58,119 bases of DNA from a virus (taxonomy: Duplodnaviria; Caudoviricetes). Each line of letters begins with the position of its first letter. The first letter of the stretch is position 1. Of this stretch, positions 17,792 through 27,032 are shown piece by piece. The translations under genes were made by a program, and so were the position numbers. The DNA lies in IMG/VR virus record IMGVR_UViG_3300035670_000245, positions 1-58,119 of that record; one strand, written 5' to 3'. The notes beneath the pieces are model-generated. The model saw nothing but the letters and a program-made list of their open reading frames with translations, was not told the DNA's origin and made no database searches.

Positions 17792-18227
17792 GAAAAAGAA
17801 TCATTGGTCTGCTGTGAAGAAGTCTGCGTTCCGCAGTGGGCTGGAAGAAAAGGTACAAAAGTATCTCACTGATAATGGTGTCTCTTTTAGGTACGAGACT
17901 ACCAAGATCCAATGGGAAGACAGAATGATTCGGAAATACACACCTGACTTCATTCTGCCTAACGGGATTATCATAGAGACAAAAGGTTTATTCACACCAG
18001 CAGACAGGAGGAAACACAAAGAGATTAAGAGGCAGCACCTATTCTTGGAGATCCGGTTTGTATTTGAGAATAGTAAACGCAAGATAAGCAAGCATAGTAA
18101 AACTACCTATGCTGACTGGTGTGATCAACAAGGTATTATATGGGCCGACAAAGTAGTGCCACTAGAATGGGCATTGGAAGAAGGCCACTGGGAAAATTTA
18201 TTTGACTACGAAGGAGTAAGAGTATGA
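17781..18227 (+). CDS. T7 endonuclease I-like resolvase
   Basis: FRSGLE, YTPDF.LPNGIIIETKG, IRFVF, YADWC. Confidence 0.9.
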   Translation: MPYKKKNHWSAVKKSAFRSGLEEKVQKYLTDNGVSFRYETTKIQWEDRMIRKYTPDFILPNGIIIETKGLFTPADRRKHKEIKRQHLFLEIRFVFENSKRKISKHSKTTYADWCDQQGIIWADKVVPLEWALEEGHWENLFDYEGVRV

Positions 18228-18550
18228 CAACGCCCCACCTGCAGAACGATGATATGGCTTTGGTTGTTCGACCCAACATCACCAATGGTAAATGGAATAG
18301 CACAGTAGATGTACAGCTTGTGGTTATGCCCAAGAAGAACATGTCTACTGAAAGTATGGAAGAAGTCTTCTACATTATGCATGGTCTTGTAGCTGCATTT
18401 AATCTTATGAACTCTGATGAAAACTTTGCCGGAATGGTAAGTGCAGAATTAGAGCGGATGGCTGAGGCAGGCGAGTTGATTAGTCACCCAGGATCTACGG
18501 ACAATGTAATCTCAATCGATCAATGGACTAAGACAAAGGGTAACGCATGA
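18224..18550 (+). CDS. Hypothetical protein
   Basis: AAGGAG SD, coupled. Confidence 0.7.
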   Translation: MTTPHLQNDDMALVVRPNITNGKWNSTVDVQLVVMPKKNMSTESMEEVFYIMHGLVAAFNLMNSDENFAGMVSAELERMAEAGELISHPGSTDNVISIDQWTKTKGNA

Positions 18551-18903
18551 ACGCACCGGCTGAGAAGAAGTCTATAGATGATGCCGCACCTGAAGACTGG
18601 CACCGTACTGTCTTCAAGCATAGCTGGACCAAGGGCATTGAGAATAGTTTCAATCAAACCCTGGACAAGTTCGATGAGGTATCTAAACCACAGCACTACA
18701 ACTTTGGTAAGTTTGAAACCATCGATGTAATTGTAGATACACTAGGTGAGTTTGATGCCGTCAGTTACTGTCATGGCAATGTACTTAAGTATGTCATTCG
18801 TTCCAGGCACAAAGGTAAACCCATCCAGGATCTAGAGAAAGCTATCTGGTATCTAAATAAGATGGTTGAACTCTTGAATAAAACCAAGGGGGTAAACTGG
18901 TAA
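18547..18903 (+). CDS. DUF3310 protein (T7 gp1.7-like putative nucleotide kinase)
   Basis: V..P.HY..G..ETID...GNVLKY..R..HKG...DLEKA.WYL. Confidence 0.85.
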   Translation: MNAPAEKKSIDDAAPEDWHRTVFKHSWTKGIENSFNQTLDKFDEVSKPQHYNFGKFETIDVIVDTLGEFDAVSYCHGNVLKYVIRSRHKGKPIQDLEKAIWYLNKMVELLNKTKGVNW

Positions 18904-19088
18904 TGAAAACGAATGTCATTGTCGAGGTTTCTTTTGAGACAATCTTTGATGCTGACGAAATGCCTAGTTCCTATACAGAGCCAGACTACTTGGAGGAAGT
19001 TATCAAGGAGGCTGTAGAGGATGCTATGACCGATCTCGGTGCCAAGGATACCAAGGGTATCAACATAGCAATAGAGGGTCTTGAGTGA
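18903..19088 (+). CDS. Small acidic protein
   Basis: TAATG-coupled ORF. Confidence 0.65.
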   Translation: MKTNVIVEVSFETIFDADEMPSSYTEPDYLEEVIKEAVEDAMTDLGAKDTKGINIAIEGLE

Positions 19089-19519
19089 CCGCTAAGAGGT
19101 TTTCCAGGGATCTCTTTGAGGAGAATGACACCCTCGCCCGTGCAGCCGGTAAAAGATACTGGCGATCTAGAGGTTGCACTGTCGAGGATAACCCCAATAG
19201 ATATGGCCCTGACTTAATAGTAAGCACACACTATGAGAAACACTACTGCGAAGTCGAAATCAAAAGGGTCTGGTCAGGTAAAGACTTTCAGTATCCCACC
19301 CTACAGATCCCGGCGAGGAAACAAAAGAACCTTCTACTCGACTTGCCATGCTGCTTTATTGTCTTTAACAATGAACAAACACATGGATTTCTTTGTACGC
19401 ACTTTGAACTTATTCGTGCCCCTATAGTTGAGGTAGCTAACAAGTATGTGTACTCTGGTGAAAAGTTTTTTCAGTTACCTATCGAAGACCTTGAACTGAT
19501 AGAGGTGCCAAGTGAGTAG
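19085..19519 (+). CDS. Putative PD-(D/E)XK nuclease
   Basis: GPDL...EVEIK motif. Confidence 0.6.
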   Translation: MTAKRFSRDLFEENDTLARAAGKRYWRSRGCTVEDNPNRYGPDLIVSTHYEKHYCEVEIKRVWSGKDFQYPTLQIPARKQKNLLLDLPCCFIVFNNEQTHGFLCTHFELIRAPIVEVANKYVYSGEKFFQLPIEDLELIEVPSE

Positions 19520-19781
19520 CATAAACATTACTTGCATTGAGGTTATTGAATGGTACGATGCCCAGGTTGAGAACTCTTGGGATGACAATACAAAAGCTAA
19601 CTTAGCTGAATGTATAACTGTTGGTTTTCTTGTGGATGAGAACAAACAAGCTATATGTTTAGCATTAACTGTTGCAGAATCCCACACCTGTGGTAGGATG
19701 CACATACCAAAGAAGTGGATTAAGTCCCGTAAATCTTTTATGATAAAGGAAGAAGCAGATGGACAAACAAAAGCTGACTGA
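19512..19781 (+). CDS. Conserved phage protein
   Basis: EWYDA...W...TVGFL...IPKKWI pattern. Confidence 0.65.
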   Translation: MSSINITCIEVIEWYDAQVENSWDDNTKANLAECITVGFLVDENKQAICLALTVAESHTCGRMHIPKKWIKSRKSFMIKEEADGQTKAD

Positions 19782-20214
19782 ATATGCGGAGTTGTTAGAT
19801 GACATTGCTGGAAATATTATTTACAATCATCGCCTTAACAGCGGGGTTGTTAATTTGTTACGACATAGTGTTGACAGCAACGATAATTATGACTTTGTCA
19901 TAGTGGATACAAAAGACATTGACTCTTGTTTTTCTGTTGTAAACAATTACAATGAGACTATCAAAAAACATCTTGAGGAGTTATCTGATGCTATCGGAAA
20001 AGTATATAAGCTTGCTTACGGGGATGAAATGTCCGACACAGATGGGTGGTACTCCACCGAAGGGGATGAGCATGGAGAGGTACCTGTGGCCTTTCAAGAC
20101 GGAGAAGGAATTGAAATTACTAGCGACCCACTATGGGAAGAAGAGTACAACATCCTTAAAGGATCTGCCCCCGGCACTACTGTAACCATAAGGAGTAGGG
20201 AAGATGGTAAGTAA
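19759..20214 (+). CDS. Hypothetical acidic protein
   Basis: AAGGA SD, overlapping start. Confidence 0.6.
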   Translation: MDKQKLTEYAELLDDIAGNIIYNHRLNSGVVNLLRHSVDSNDNYDFVIVDTKDIDSCFSVVNNYNETIKKHLEELSDAIGKVYKLAYGDEMSDTDGWYSTEGDEHGEVPVAFQDGEGIEITSDPLWEEEYNILKGSAPGTTVTIRSREDGK

Positions 20215-20608
20215 AAAGATATTTGAATACCGATTTGATCTTGAACAAGAGATACTTCGTGTCTGGGGTTTGAAGGAAGACCTTGAACTCTTCCATGAAA
20301 AGTATCTTGATAGCCCTACCCCTATGTCAGAAGACGAGGTATCTAACACCATAGCTGGCCTAATAACCCTGACGGATTTACGGTGTGAGAAAGCGTTCAA
20401 CACATTTGAGAAATGGTGTTCTGCTGACTATGATAGGCAGAAAGAGTTTGATAATGTACTAGAAATTGCAGCTAATATAGCTATGACTGAAGGGTTAAAC
20501 GATGTTACCGTACCGCATGAAGACTTTAGGACACGGATTGCCAGGAAGATCCGCTCCCTTAAGGTGCGTAATATAAGTGAAGAAGATTATCATAACGATA
20601 CATTTTAA
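20204..20608 (+). CDS. Hypothetical protein
   Basis: RFDLEQEI...W motif. Confidence 0.65.
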   Translation: MVSKKIFEYRFDLEQEILRVWGLKEDLELFHEKYLDSPTPMSEDEVSNTIAGLITLTDLRCEKAFNTFEKWCSADYDRQKEFDNVLEIAANIAMTEGLNDVTVPHEDFRTRIARKIRSLKVRNISEEDYHNDTF

Positions 20609-20612
20609 CTAT

Positions 20613-20641
20613 TAGACTTTAACCATACCTTCTGGTATAAC
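20613..20641 (+). promoter_or_regulatory. Sigma70-type promoter upstream of RNR
   Basis: TAGACT-N17-TATAAC(TAC); same -10 context as the promoters at 44756 and 57181. Confidence 0.6.
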
Positions 20642-20651
20642 TACAGATTCC

Positions 20652-20675
20652 GGGGCACTCGTTGCCCCTTTTTTT
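20652..20675 (+). terminator. Intrinsic terminator-like hairpin
   Basis: GGGGCA-CTCGT-TGCCCC followed by T7. Confidence 0.65.
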
Positions 20676-20729
20676 ACCACTGTTGTTTCTGTTGTTTGTT
20701 TTATCTTTTAACTTTACTTAGGAGTTTTT

Positions 20730-21740
20730 ATGACACCATACTCGACTTACATAGCCAAGTCCCGCTACTCTCGTTTCCTTAACACAGAGAACCGGCGGGA
20801 GAACTGGAACGAAACTGTAACCCGTTACTTCAACTTTATGGAGGATCACCTAGCTAAAAATTATAGCTATAATTTAACCCGTGATCTTCGTACCAAACTA
20901 GAGAATGCCGTACTAAACCTGGAAGTAATGCCCAGCATGAGGGCACTAATGACTGCAGGTAAGGCACTTGAACGGGACAACACTGCCGGTTACAATTGTT
21001 CATACATCCCTATTGATGACCCCAAAGCTTTCGATGAAGCTATGTACATTTTACTATGTGGAACGGGCGTAGGTTTCTCTGTGGAGCAGAAGTATGTCAA
21101 TCAATTACCTGAAGTACCCGATCAACTTTTTGATAGTCAAACTACTATCGTGGTTTCCGATTCAAAGGAAGGGTGGGCTAAAGCACTACGACAGCTACTG
21201 GCTCTTCTTTATTCTGGTGAAGTTGCAAAGTGGGATCTATCGAAGGTTAGGCCAGCGGGTGCTAGACTTAAGACATTTGGAGGACGAGCCAGTGGCCCCG
21301 CCCCACTGGAAGAGTTATTTAAATTTACCATCGCTAAATTCCGAGGTGCATTGGGTCGCCGTCTCACTTCGATTGAATGCCATGATATTCTGTGCAAGAT
21401 CGGGGAAGTTGTTGTGGTTGGCGGGGTGCGTAGATCGGCAATGATCTCTCTGTCGGATCTTGAGGATGACAAGATGCGGCACTGTAAGTCCGGTGCATGG
21501 TGGGAACAGAACGGGCAACGGGCACTAGCAAATAACTCAGCTACATATGTACAGAAACCTGACACAAGTCAGTTCCTGCATGAGTGGACAAGCTTATATG
21601 ATTCACACAGTGGTGAGCGAGGTATCTTTAGTCGTGAGGCATCGATTAAGCAAGCCGCTAAAAACGGGCGTAGGAACCCTGACTACGAGTTTGGTACCAA
21701 TCCATGCTCAGAGATCATATTGCGGCCTTACCAATTCTGT
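20730..21740 (+). CDS. nrdJ: Class II (B12-dependent) ribonucleotide reductase, exon 1
   Basis: PSMR, YNCSY, GTGVGFS, GGVRRSA, GTNPCSEI; ends ...PYQFC at the splice site. Confidence 0.9.
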
Positions 21741-21938
21741 TAATTTTAGCAGCCTTACATAGTAATATGTATTGCAAACCGTGTGAATTCAGGGGAAGTC
21801 CAGACCGGATAATCCTGACCCAAGTTAAATCGGGGGCAACGACTAGTCGAAAGACGTACACTCAAGCGAGTGGAAGCGCACGGCACCCTCATGGGGTGAT
21901 GATATAGTCTAAGCTGCATAGGAATATGCAGATGGGTG

Positions 21939-21967
21939 TTGACTAACAAACTTTGTTGTGATATAAC
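21939..21967 (+). promoter_or_regulatory. Intron-internal sigma70-type promoter for the endonuclease
   Basis: TTGACT-N17-TATAAC followed by AAGGAGG SD. Confidence 0.6.
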
Positions 21968-22014
21968 TAATGTGTAAACTTTAAAAGTTACAGAACTCAA
22001 AGGAGGTTAGTCAG

Positions 22015-22464
22015 GTGGAAAGAAATAGAGAAGGTTACTTGGTTTCAGATACGCATAGAGAGTGTACTAATTGCAAGTGCATATTTGAAAAGACAAGTAA
22101 AATGACGTTGTGTAAAACGTGTAACAGTGAAAGAGTTAAGTCACAGACACCAGAGTGGAAAATGCACCAAAGGGCAAAACAGCGGAGTAAAGAAACTGGC
22201 AGGGAATTCAGCTTGTTGGTTTCTGATATAGTAATACCCGATGTCTGCCCCATATTGGGGATTAAATTGAATATGAATTCTGGTAAATCTGGTGCTTATA
22301 GAAACTCACCTTCACTTGATCGCATAGACAATAGTAGAGGCTACACTAAAGATAACATTCAAGTTATCTCTCAGTTAGCAAATGCAATGAAATGTCATGC
22401 GACTAACTCTGAGTTACATATGTTTGCACAATGGGTTCTTTCCAATGTCCCTGCCGCAGAGTAG
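22015..22464 (+). CDS. Intron-encoded HNH-like homing endonuclease
   Basis: CTNC...CKTC zinc finger; CPILG...SPSLDRIDNSRGYTKDN...AN.MK; GTG start with AAGGAGG. Confidence 0.85.
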   Translation: MERNREGYLVSDTHRECTNCKCIFEKTSKMTLCKTCNSERVKSQTPEWKMHQRAKQRSKETGREFSLLVSDIVIPDVCPILGIKLNMNSGKSGAYRNSPSLDRIDNSRGYTKDNIQVISQLANAMKCHATNSELHMFAQWVLSNVPAAE

Positions 22465-22486
22465 CGAACTGCGGTGAATACAACTG

Positions 22487-23365
22487 AATCTTACAGAAGT
22501 AGTCATTAGAGCAATGGACACTGTAGAAGATGTAGCCCGTAAGGTTGAGATTGCTACAATCTTAGGTACATTCCAATCAACCATGACACATTTCCCTTAC
22601 CTGCGTAAGATCTGGCAGAAGAATACAGAGGAAGAAAGGTTGCTGGGTGTATCCTTTACTGGTATTCTAGATAACGAATGGATGGGGAAAGTAAGCGATG
22701 AAACTGCAAAGAACTTGGAACAACTTAAGAGTGTCGCCGTGGATACCAACCTTCAGTTTAGCAATCTGCTTGGGATTCCCCAGTCGGCTGCGATCACTTG
22801 TGTCAAACCTAGCGGTACTGTGTCTCAGCTTGTTGATTCTGCCTCTGGCATTCATACTCGACATAGCGATTATTATATTCGTAGGGTTAGAGGAGATAAG
22901 AAAGACCCTCTCACGGCTTTTCTAACCAAGGCAGGCATCCCTACAGAAGATTGTGTCATGCGGCCTGAGAGTACGGCAGTATTCTCATTCCCAATGAAAG
23001 CGCCAGAAGGTGCCCGAACACGGGAAGATCTGACAGCTATCCAGCATCTGGATCTGTGGCTAATGTATCAGCGTCATTGGTGTGAGCATAAGCCGTCTGT
23101 CACCATCTCTGTGAAAGAAGATGAGTGGATGGATGTAGGTGCCTGGGTGTGGAAGAACTTCAGTGAGATATCTGGCGTGTCTTTCTTGCCGTATGATGGT
23201 GGCACCTATCGTCAGGCACCATATGAGGAATGCACAAAGGAGCAGTACGAAGAACTGTTGGCAAAAATGCCAACAACTATTGACTGGGATTCTCTGATAG
23301 AATATGATGATAATGTCGAGGGAGTGCAGACATTAGCTTGTACAGGTTCTTCTTGCGAAATCTAG
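22487..23365 (+). CDS. nrdJ: Class II ribonucleotide reductase, exon 2
   Basis: NLTEVV in frame with ATG 22514; TCVKPSGTVS, EHKPSVT, C-terminal ACTGSSCEI cysteine pair. Confidence 0.9.
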   Translation, partial: NLTEVVIRAMDTVEDVARKVEIATILGTFQSTMTHFPYLRKIWQKNTEEERLLGVSFTGILDNEWMGKVSDETAKNLEQLKSVAVDTNLQFSNLLGIPQSAAITCVKPSGTVSQLVDSASGIHTRHSDYYIRRVRGDKKDPLTAFLTKAGIPTEDCVMRPESTAVFSFPMKAPEGARTREDLTAIQHLDLWLMYQRHWCEHKPSVTISVKEDEWMDVGAWVWKNFSEISGVSFLPYDGGTYRQAPYEECTKEQYEELLAKMPTTIDWDSLIEYDDNVEGVQTLACTGSSCEI

Positions 23366-23373
23366 GAGGTAGT

Positions 23374-23547
23374 ATGGAGCAGCAAATAAAAAAGGATCGT
23401 CAACCCCCTTTGCCAATCCAGTTTGATAAAGGCAAGTACGCCTTTAAAAAGGGATGGCTAGGGAATCCATACGATCCTAGTACTGTCCAGGGTAAAGAGT
23501 GGCAGCGAGGTTTTAATGCTGCCTACTTTGAGAACCTAAGCAAGTAG
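23374..23547 (+). CDS. Small protein resembling the ribosome modulation factor (Rmf-like) pattern
   Basis: AGGAGG SD; G..AF..G...NPY.......EW.RGF. Confidence 0.6.
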   Translation: MEQQIKKDRQPPLPIQFDKGKYAFKKGWLGNPYDPSTVQGKEWQRGFNAAYFENLSK

Positions 23548-23600
23548 CCCAAGGGGCACACCGGCACCGAGTAGGGTGTCCCCGCACACGGTAAGCGGGA

Positions 23601-26600
23601 CTATCTATACTTACTTAGCAAGGCTTGATACTTGTGTACCTGATCATACGCCTTGTCTTCATCTAGTGTACGCCCTTCATTATTCTCTGCGTACAATTCA
23701 TTAATAGCTTTCCGATCACGCTGCGGCATGTTGAAGAAAGTCATCTTATTAACCCTGGCCCTGTCTTCCATAGTCATCTCAGCTTGAGATAGATTTCTGC
23801 CTATGCTCATTGCATAGCGCATGTTAGCTGTAATAGCCAGCTTCCTCTGAGCAGGGGTCATCTCCTGATACCGATCAGAGTCAATAAGCTTACCTACAAA
23901 CTTATCTATGTATGGACCGCTCTTCATAATCAGAGTGCGGTCATACACCTTATCACCACTTGTACCATAGAAAGTAAACGGGTCTAAACTAAGAGACTTG
24001 AATTCTCTTTCTATTTTATTTACAGCAGGCACAACACGCACACCTGATAAGACATTAAAAAACTCACCGGCACGGGTACGAACTTCTTGTTCATTGCGTA
24101 AGTATTGTAGTGCTTCAGGTAATTCCTCTTTCCATCCTGGCACTTTAACTTGCACACGATTGATAGCAGATTCAGTTACAAGGTCATCACTCATTAGAAC
24201 ATTCGGATCTCTTGCAATCTGTGCTTCTTCATCAAACATATCCAAGAAAGCAAACACGGGTTGTGCAGGCTGTACGAACCTTCCAGCAACATCGCCAATG
24301 ACCTTACCAATAGCTTTCTCAAATCGTTCTGCTTCTTTTCCTTCTTCTGCAGCTACAAGTTCTGGTATGCTATTTAATATACTAGCTTGTGCCCCGGCTG
24401 GCATCTTCATACCTGCAATAGCTTCAAGCATTTCAGTTACATTAGCCTCTGCTACTTTGCCCAACTTCAACTTTGCAATGAAGTCACCGACTGCAAGATA
24501 AGGGCCAATAGGGAATATAGCCCTCATGTCTGCAGTAGAACCGTCTTCATTCTCAATGTTAAACCACTCAGTGCCCTGGTTTTCTAATCGATATTTGTAA
24601 GCAGCGTAAATTGCGCTTGTTCCTATTACACCTTTAGAAAACTTTTCTAGCCCTTCCCTGTACAAACGATTAGCTTGGTCTGGGTCTTTTGAAAACTTAG
24701 CAGCAGCCATGAGCATATCTGACATACCAGACGTAGCACCTAAAGGGCTGTACTTATACTGGAATGCCATAGCATTAGTCATAAATCTTGGGAAGGTAAC
24801 AAGCAAGCTACCCCCAGGAAGGTTCTCAAAGAACCGCACAAAGCCATTGGCAAGACCTTCTACCTTAGCTTCTACAGTATTCTGCCCCTTCTTGGCTGGC
24901 TTAGGCATGTAAGAGAAGGTTCCCTTAAGTGCATCGTCAGCAGCGTTCTTAAGTATGTCTGGTGGTATATTTTTACCGTCAGCCATAATCTGGTACATGT
25001 CCATGCCTACCCTGCGTAGCTGCCTTTCAACGCTAGCAGTGAAGATTGCTCTACGGAAGTAAACGTCTTGTGCTACGTTAAGTGTGTTTACAAACTTAGC
25101 TACACGGCTTAAATCTTCTGTACCACTTTCTTGTAGGGCATGGAATATAGTGTTCTTTAAATTAGGATTATGGGCCAGAAGCTTATCAGTTACTTCAGCC
25201 GTTATACCTGCATTAGTAAGGTAGGTAAAAGTATTTAAAGTGTCACGCACCATAGTGTTAAGCCCTGTGCCCAACTCCTTGACACCTGACTTAACACCGC
25301 CGTTAACTGCAGCCTTTAGTGCAGATCCTGTAGCAAATAACGTGCCTTCTATTATGCGAGAAGCTGCTTCCATAGTAAGGCCAGCAGTAGTACCATATGC
25401 GTTACGTACAGTTGTAGCTATACTAGAAACAACCAATGCTTTTGATTCTCGTTCTAGTCTTTTAATCCCGTCAGCAAGATAACCCATGACACTGGTTACC
25501 TCTTGATCCCTGCCGTACATTTTCTTAACCAGCCTCTCAGCCTCTGGATCAAGCTGTACAGCCCTCTTGAGTACCTTGGCAAGGGTGGAGTACCCCTGCA
25601 TGATAGAAGCGGCATCAGCGACCGTTGTGCGGGTTGCCTGACCAAACTCTTTGAGTGTCAGTCCTGTTTTGTTCAAGGCAGCATCAAGCACATCTTCGTC
25701 TATTGAATCGATAGACATAAAGACATCTTTAACTGCATCAGAAACCTTTTGTTGACCGGCAGCTACCCGTTGCTTTACCTGGGAGAAGTTTGGGTCTACA
25801 GTAAGAATGTACCTAGCTACATTAATTGCACGGGTATTAATATCTTTACGAACTTCTGCCTGTGTCAATGCTGTCTGTGGTGACACCGCATCTAATATTT
25901 CTCTACCCTCAAAGATATCAAACTTAGTAAGAGTGTCTTCCATGTCAGCATCAAAAGCTTCCACAAGCTTCTGTGTCTGTACGTCTTCTGGTGTCTTAAT
26001 ACGTGAAGCTAAAACTTTTTCTAGGTCTTCTTTGGTAGTCAGCTTTGGTTTACGGAAAGCGGTAGCTGCCTCAGCAGCACCAAACACAGCACTAACTGCA
26101 GCACCCAGTGCTACCCGTGTTGGATCTATAGTTCTTTCTTGGTTATCCATTTCAGAAAGATCTATATCTGCAACTAATGCATCGTACCTTTCTTGATCAA
26201 TGATTCCAAACTCTAAAGCTTCTTGCGCTTCTTGTTTTTCTTTTTCAAGGTTGTCCGTTACAAGTGCTTTATCTAGTTTCAATTCACGCTGTAAATCTGC
26301 CGCACTGGCAGCAGCACCAACGGCACCTTCAGTAACAGCACCGGCAGTAGCAGCTTTAATACGATTTTTTATTGCGCCTTTGATTCCCTCCCGTGCAGCT
26401 TTATATCTAGCAAATGCACCTACACCAAAGCCCAGCAAGTTAGACGGGTCAGAGGCCATAGACAATGCAGCCTCAGCAAAAGGTCTTATCCCAGGCTGAC
26501 CGCCCTTCTCGTACCAGTCAGGTACTTTCTCATACAACTCATGGGCCTTGGCTGCTTTAAGTACATCTTCTTTCTTTGCGTTATAGATCCAGTTAAGTTC

Positions 26601-27029
26601 TGGCACACCATTCATTGTGGTGTTCCACTCAACCTGACGCATAGCAGTCATCCAACGCTTTACATACTCTTCGTCAGTTTCGTTTTGTTGTTGTTCACCC
26701 GCCTTACCAAATCTAACAACGGCATAGTCCTTAATAGTTTTAAGGTTCTCTGGCTTTGTCAGATTCTTAAAGTCAACAATTTCTTTAGGTGGTAATTCTT
26801 TGACCGGTTCAGCAGGTTCTTCTACAGTAGGCGCAGCCATACCCGTCTCTAATTCAAACTGAGAGGGAGCAGGACTAAAAGCTTCTTTAGTTTGTTTAGC
26901 AACAGACTTTGCAACAGGTGCAGATGGTAAAGCAAACTCCTCATCTTCCGACTTAAACTTAGAAGATGTTGGTGCCTTGTAGGGTTTAGTTAAATCAAAC
27001 TCATCATCTACATTAATTGTAGCTGCCAT
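23601..27029 (-). CDS. Large internal virion (ejection) protein
   Basis: 1142 aa, helical, last gene of the structural arm, as in podoviruses. Confidence 0.65.
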   Translation of the reverse strand: MAATINVDDEFDLTKPYKAPTSSKFKSEDEEFALPSAPVAKSVAKQTKEAFSPAPSQFELETGMAAPTVEEPAEPVKELPPKEIVDFKNLTKPENLKTIKDYAVVRFGKAGEQQQNETDEEYVKRWMTAMRQVEWNTTMNGVPELNWIYNAKKEDVLKAAKAHELYEKVPDWYEKGGQPGIRPFAEAALSMASDPSNLLGFGVGAFARYKAAREGIKGAIKNRIKAATAGAVTEGAVGAAASAADLQRELKLDKALVTDNLEKEKQEAQEALEFGIIDQERYDALVADIDLSEMDNQERTIDPTRVALGAAVSAVFGAAEAATAFRKPKLTTKEDLEKVLASRIKTPEDVQTQKLVEAFDADMEDTLTKFDIFEGREILDAVSPQTALTQAEVRKDINTRAINVARYILTVDPNFSQVKQRVAAGQQKVSDAVKDVFMSIDSIDEDVLDAALNKTGLTLKEFGQATRTTVADAASIMQGYSTLAKVLKRAVQLDPEAERLVKKMYGRDQEVTSVMGYLADGIKRLERESKALVVSSIATTVRNAYGTTAGLTMEAASRIIEGTLFATGSALKAAVNGGVKSGVKELGTGLNTMVRDTLNTFTYLTNAGITAEVTDKLLAHNPNLKNTIFHALQESGTEDLSRVAKFVNTLNVAQDVYFRRAIFTASVERQLRRVGMDMYQIMADGKNIPPDILKNAADDALKGTFSYMPKPAKKGQNTVEAKVEGLANGFVRFFENLPGGSLLVTFPRFMTNAMAFQYKYSPLGATSGMSDMLMAAAKFSKDPDQANRLYREGLEKFSKGVIGTSAIYAAYKYRLENQGTEWFNIENEDGSTADMRAIFPIGPYLAVGDFIAKLKLGKVAEANVTEMLEAIAGMKMPAGAQASILNSIPELVAAEEGKEAERFEKAIGKVIGDVAGRFVQPAQPVFAFLDMFDEEAQIARDPNVLMSDDLVTESAINRVQVKVPGWKEELPEALQYLRNEQEVRTRAGEFFNVLSGVRVVPAVNKIEREFKSLSLDPFTFYGTSGDKVYDRTLIMKSGPYIDKFVGKLIDSDRYQEMTPAQRKLAITANMRYAMSIGRNLSQAEMTMEDRARVNKMTFFNMPQRDRKAINELYAENNEGRTLDEDKAYDQVHKYQALLSKYR

Positions 27030-27032
27030 TAT

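Larger units (their letters stand above)
21741..22486 (+). mobile_element. Group I self-splicing intron with homing endonuclease
   Basis: Exon ends in U with P1 CUGU|UAA..UUAGCAG giving a U-G pair; P/Q (GAATTCAGGGGAA / AATCCTGA), R/S with P7 GACTA/TAGTC; terminal G22486; splicing restores PYQFC-NLTEVV in frame. Confidence 0.9.

Noticed and set aside
20730-23365. nrdJ as a pseudogene or two-subunit RNR
   Set aside because: The interruption has group I intron hallmarks, and splicing restores one frame
23548-23600. tRNA gene or attP core
   Set aside because: Too short, with no T-loop or cloverleaf; no tRNA recognised anywhere in the window
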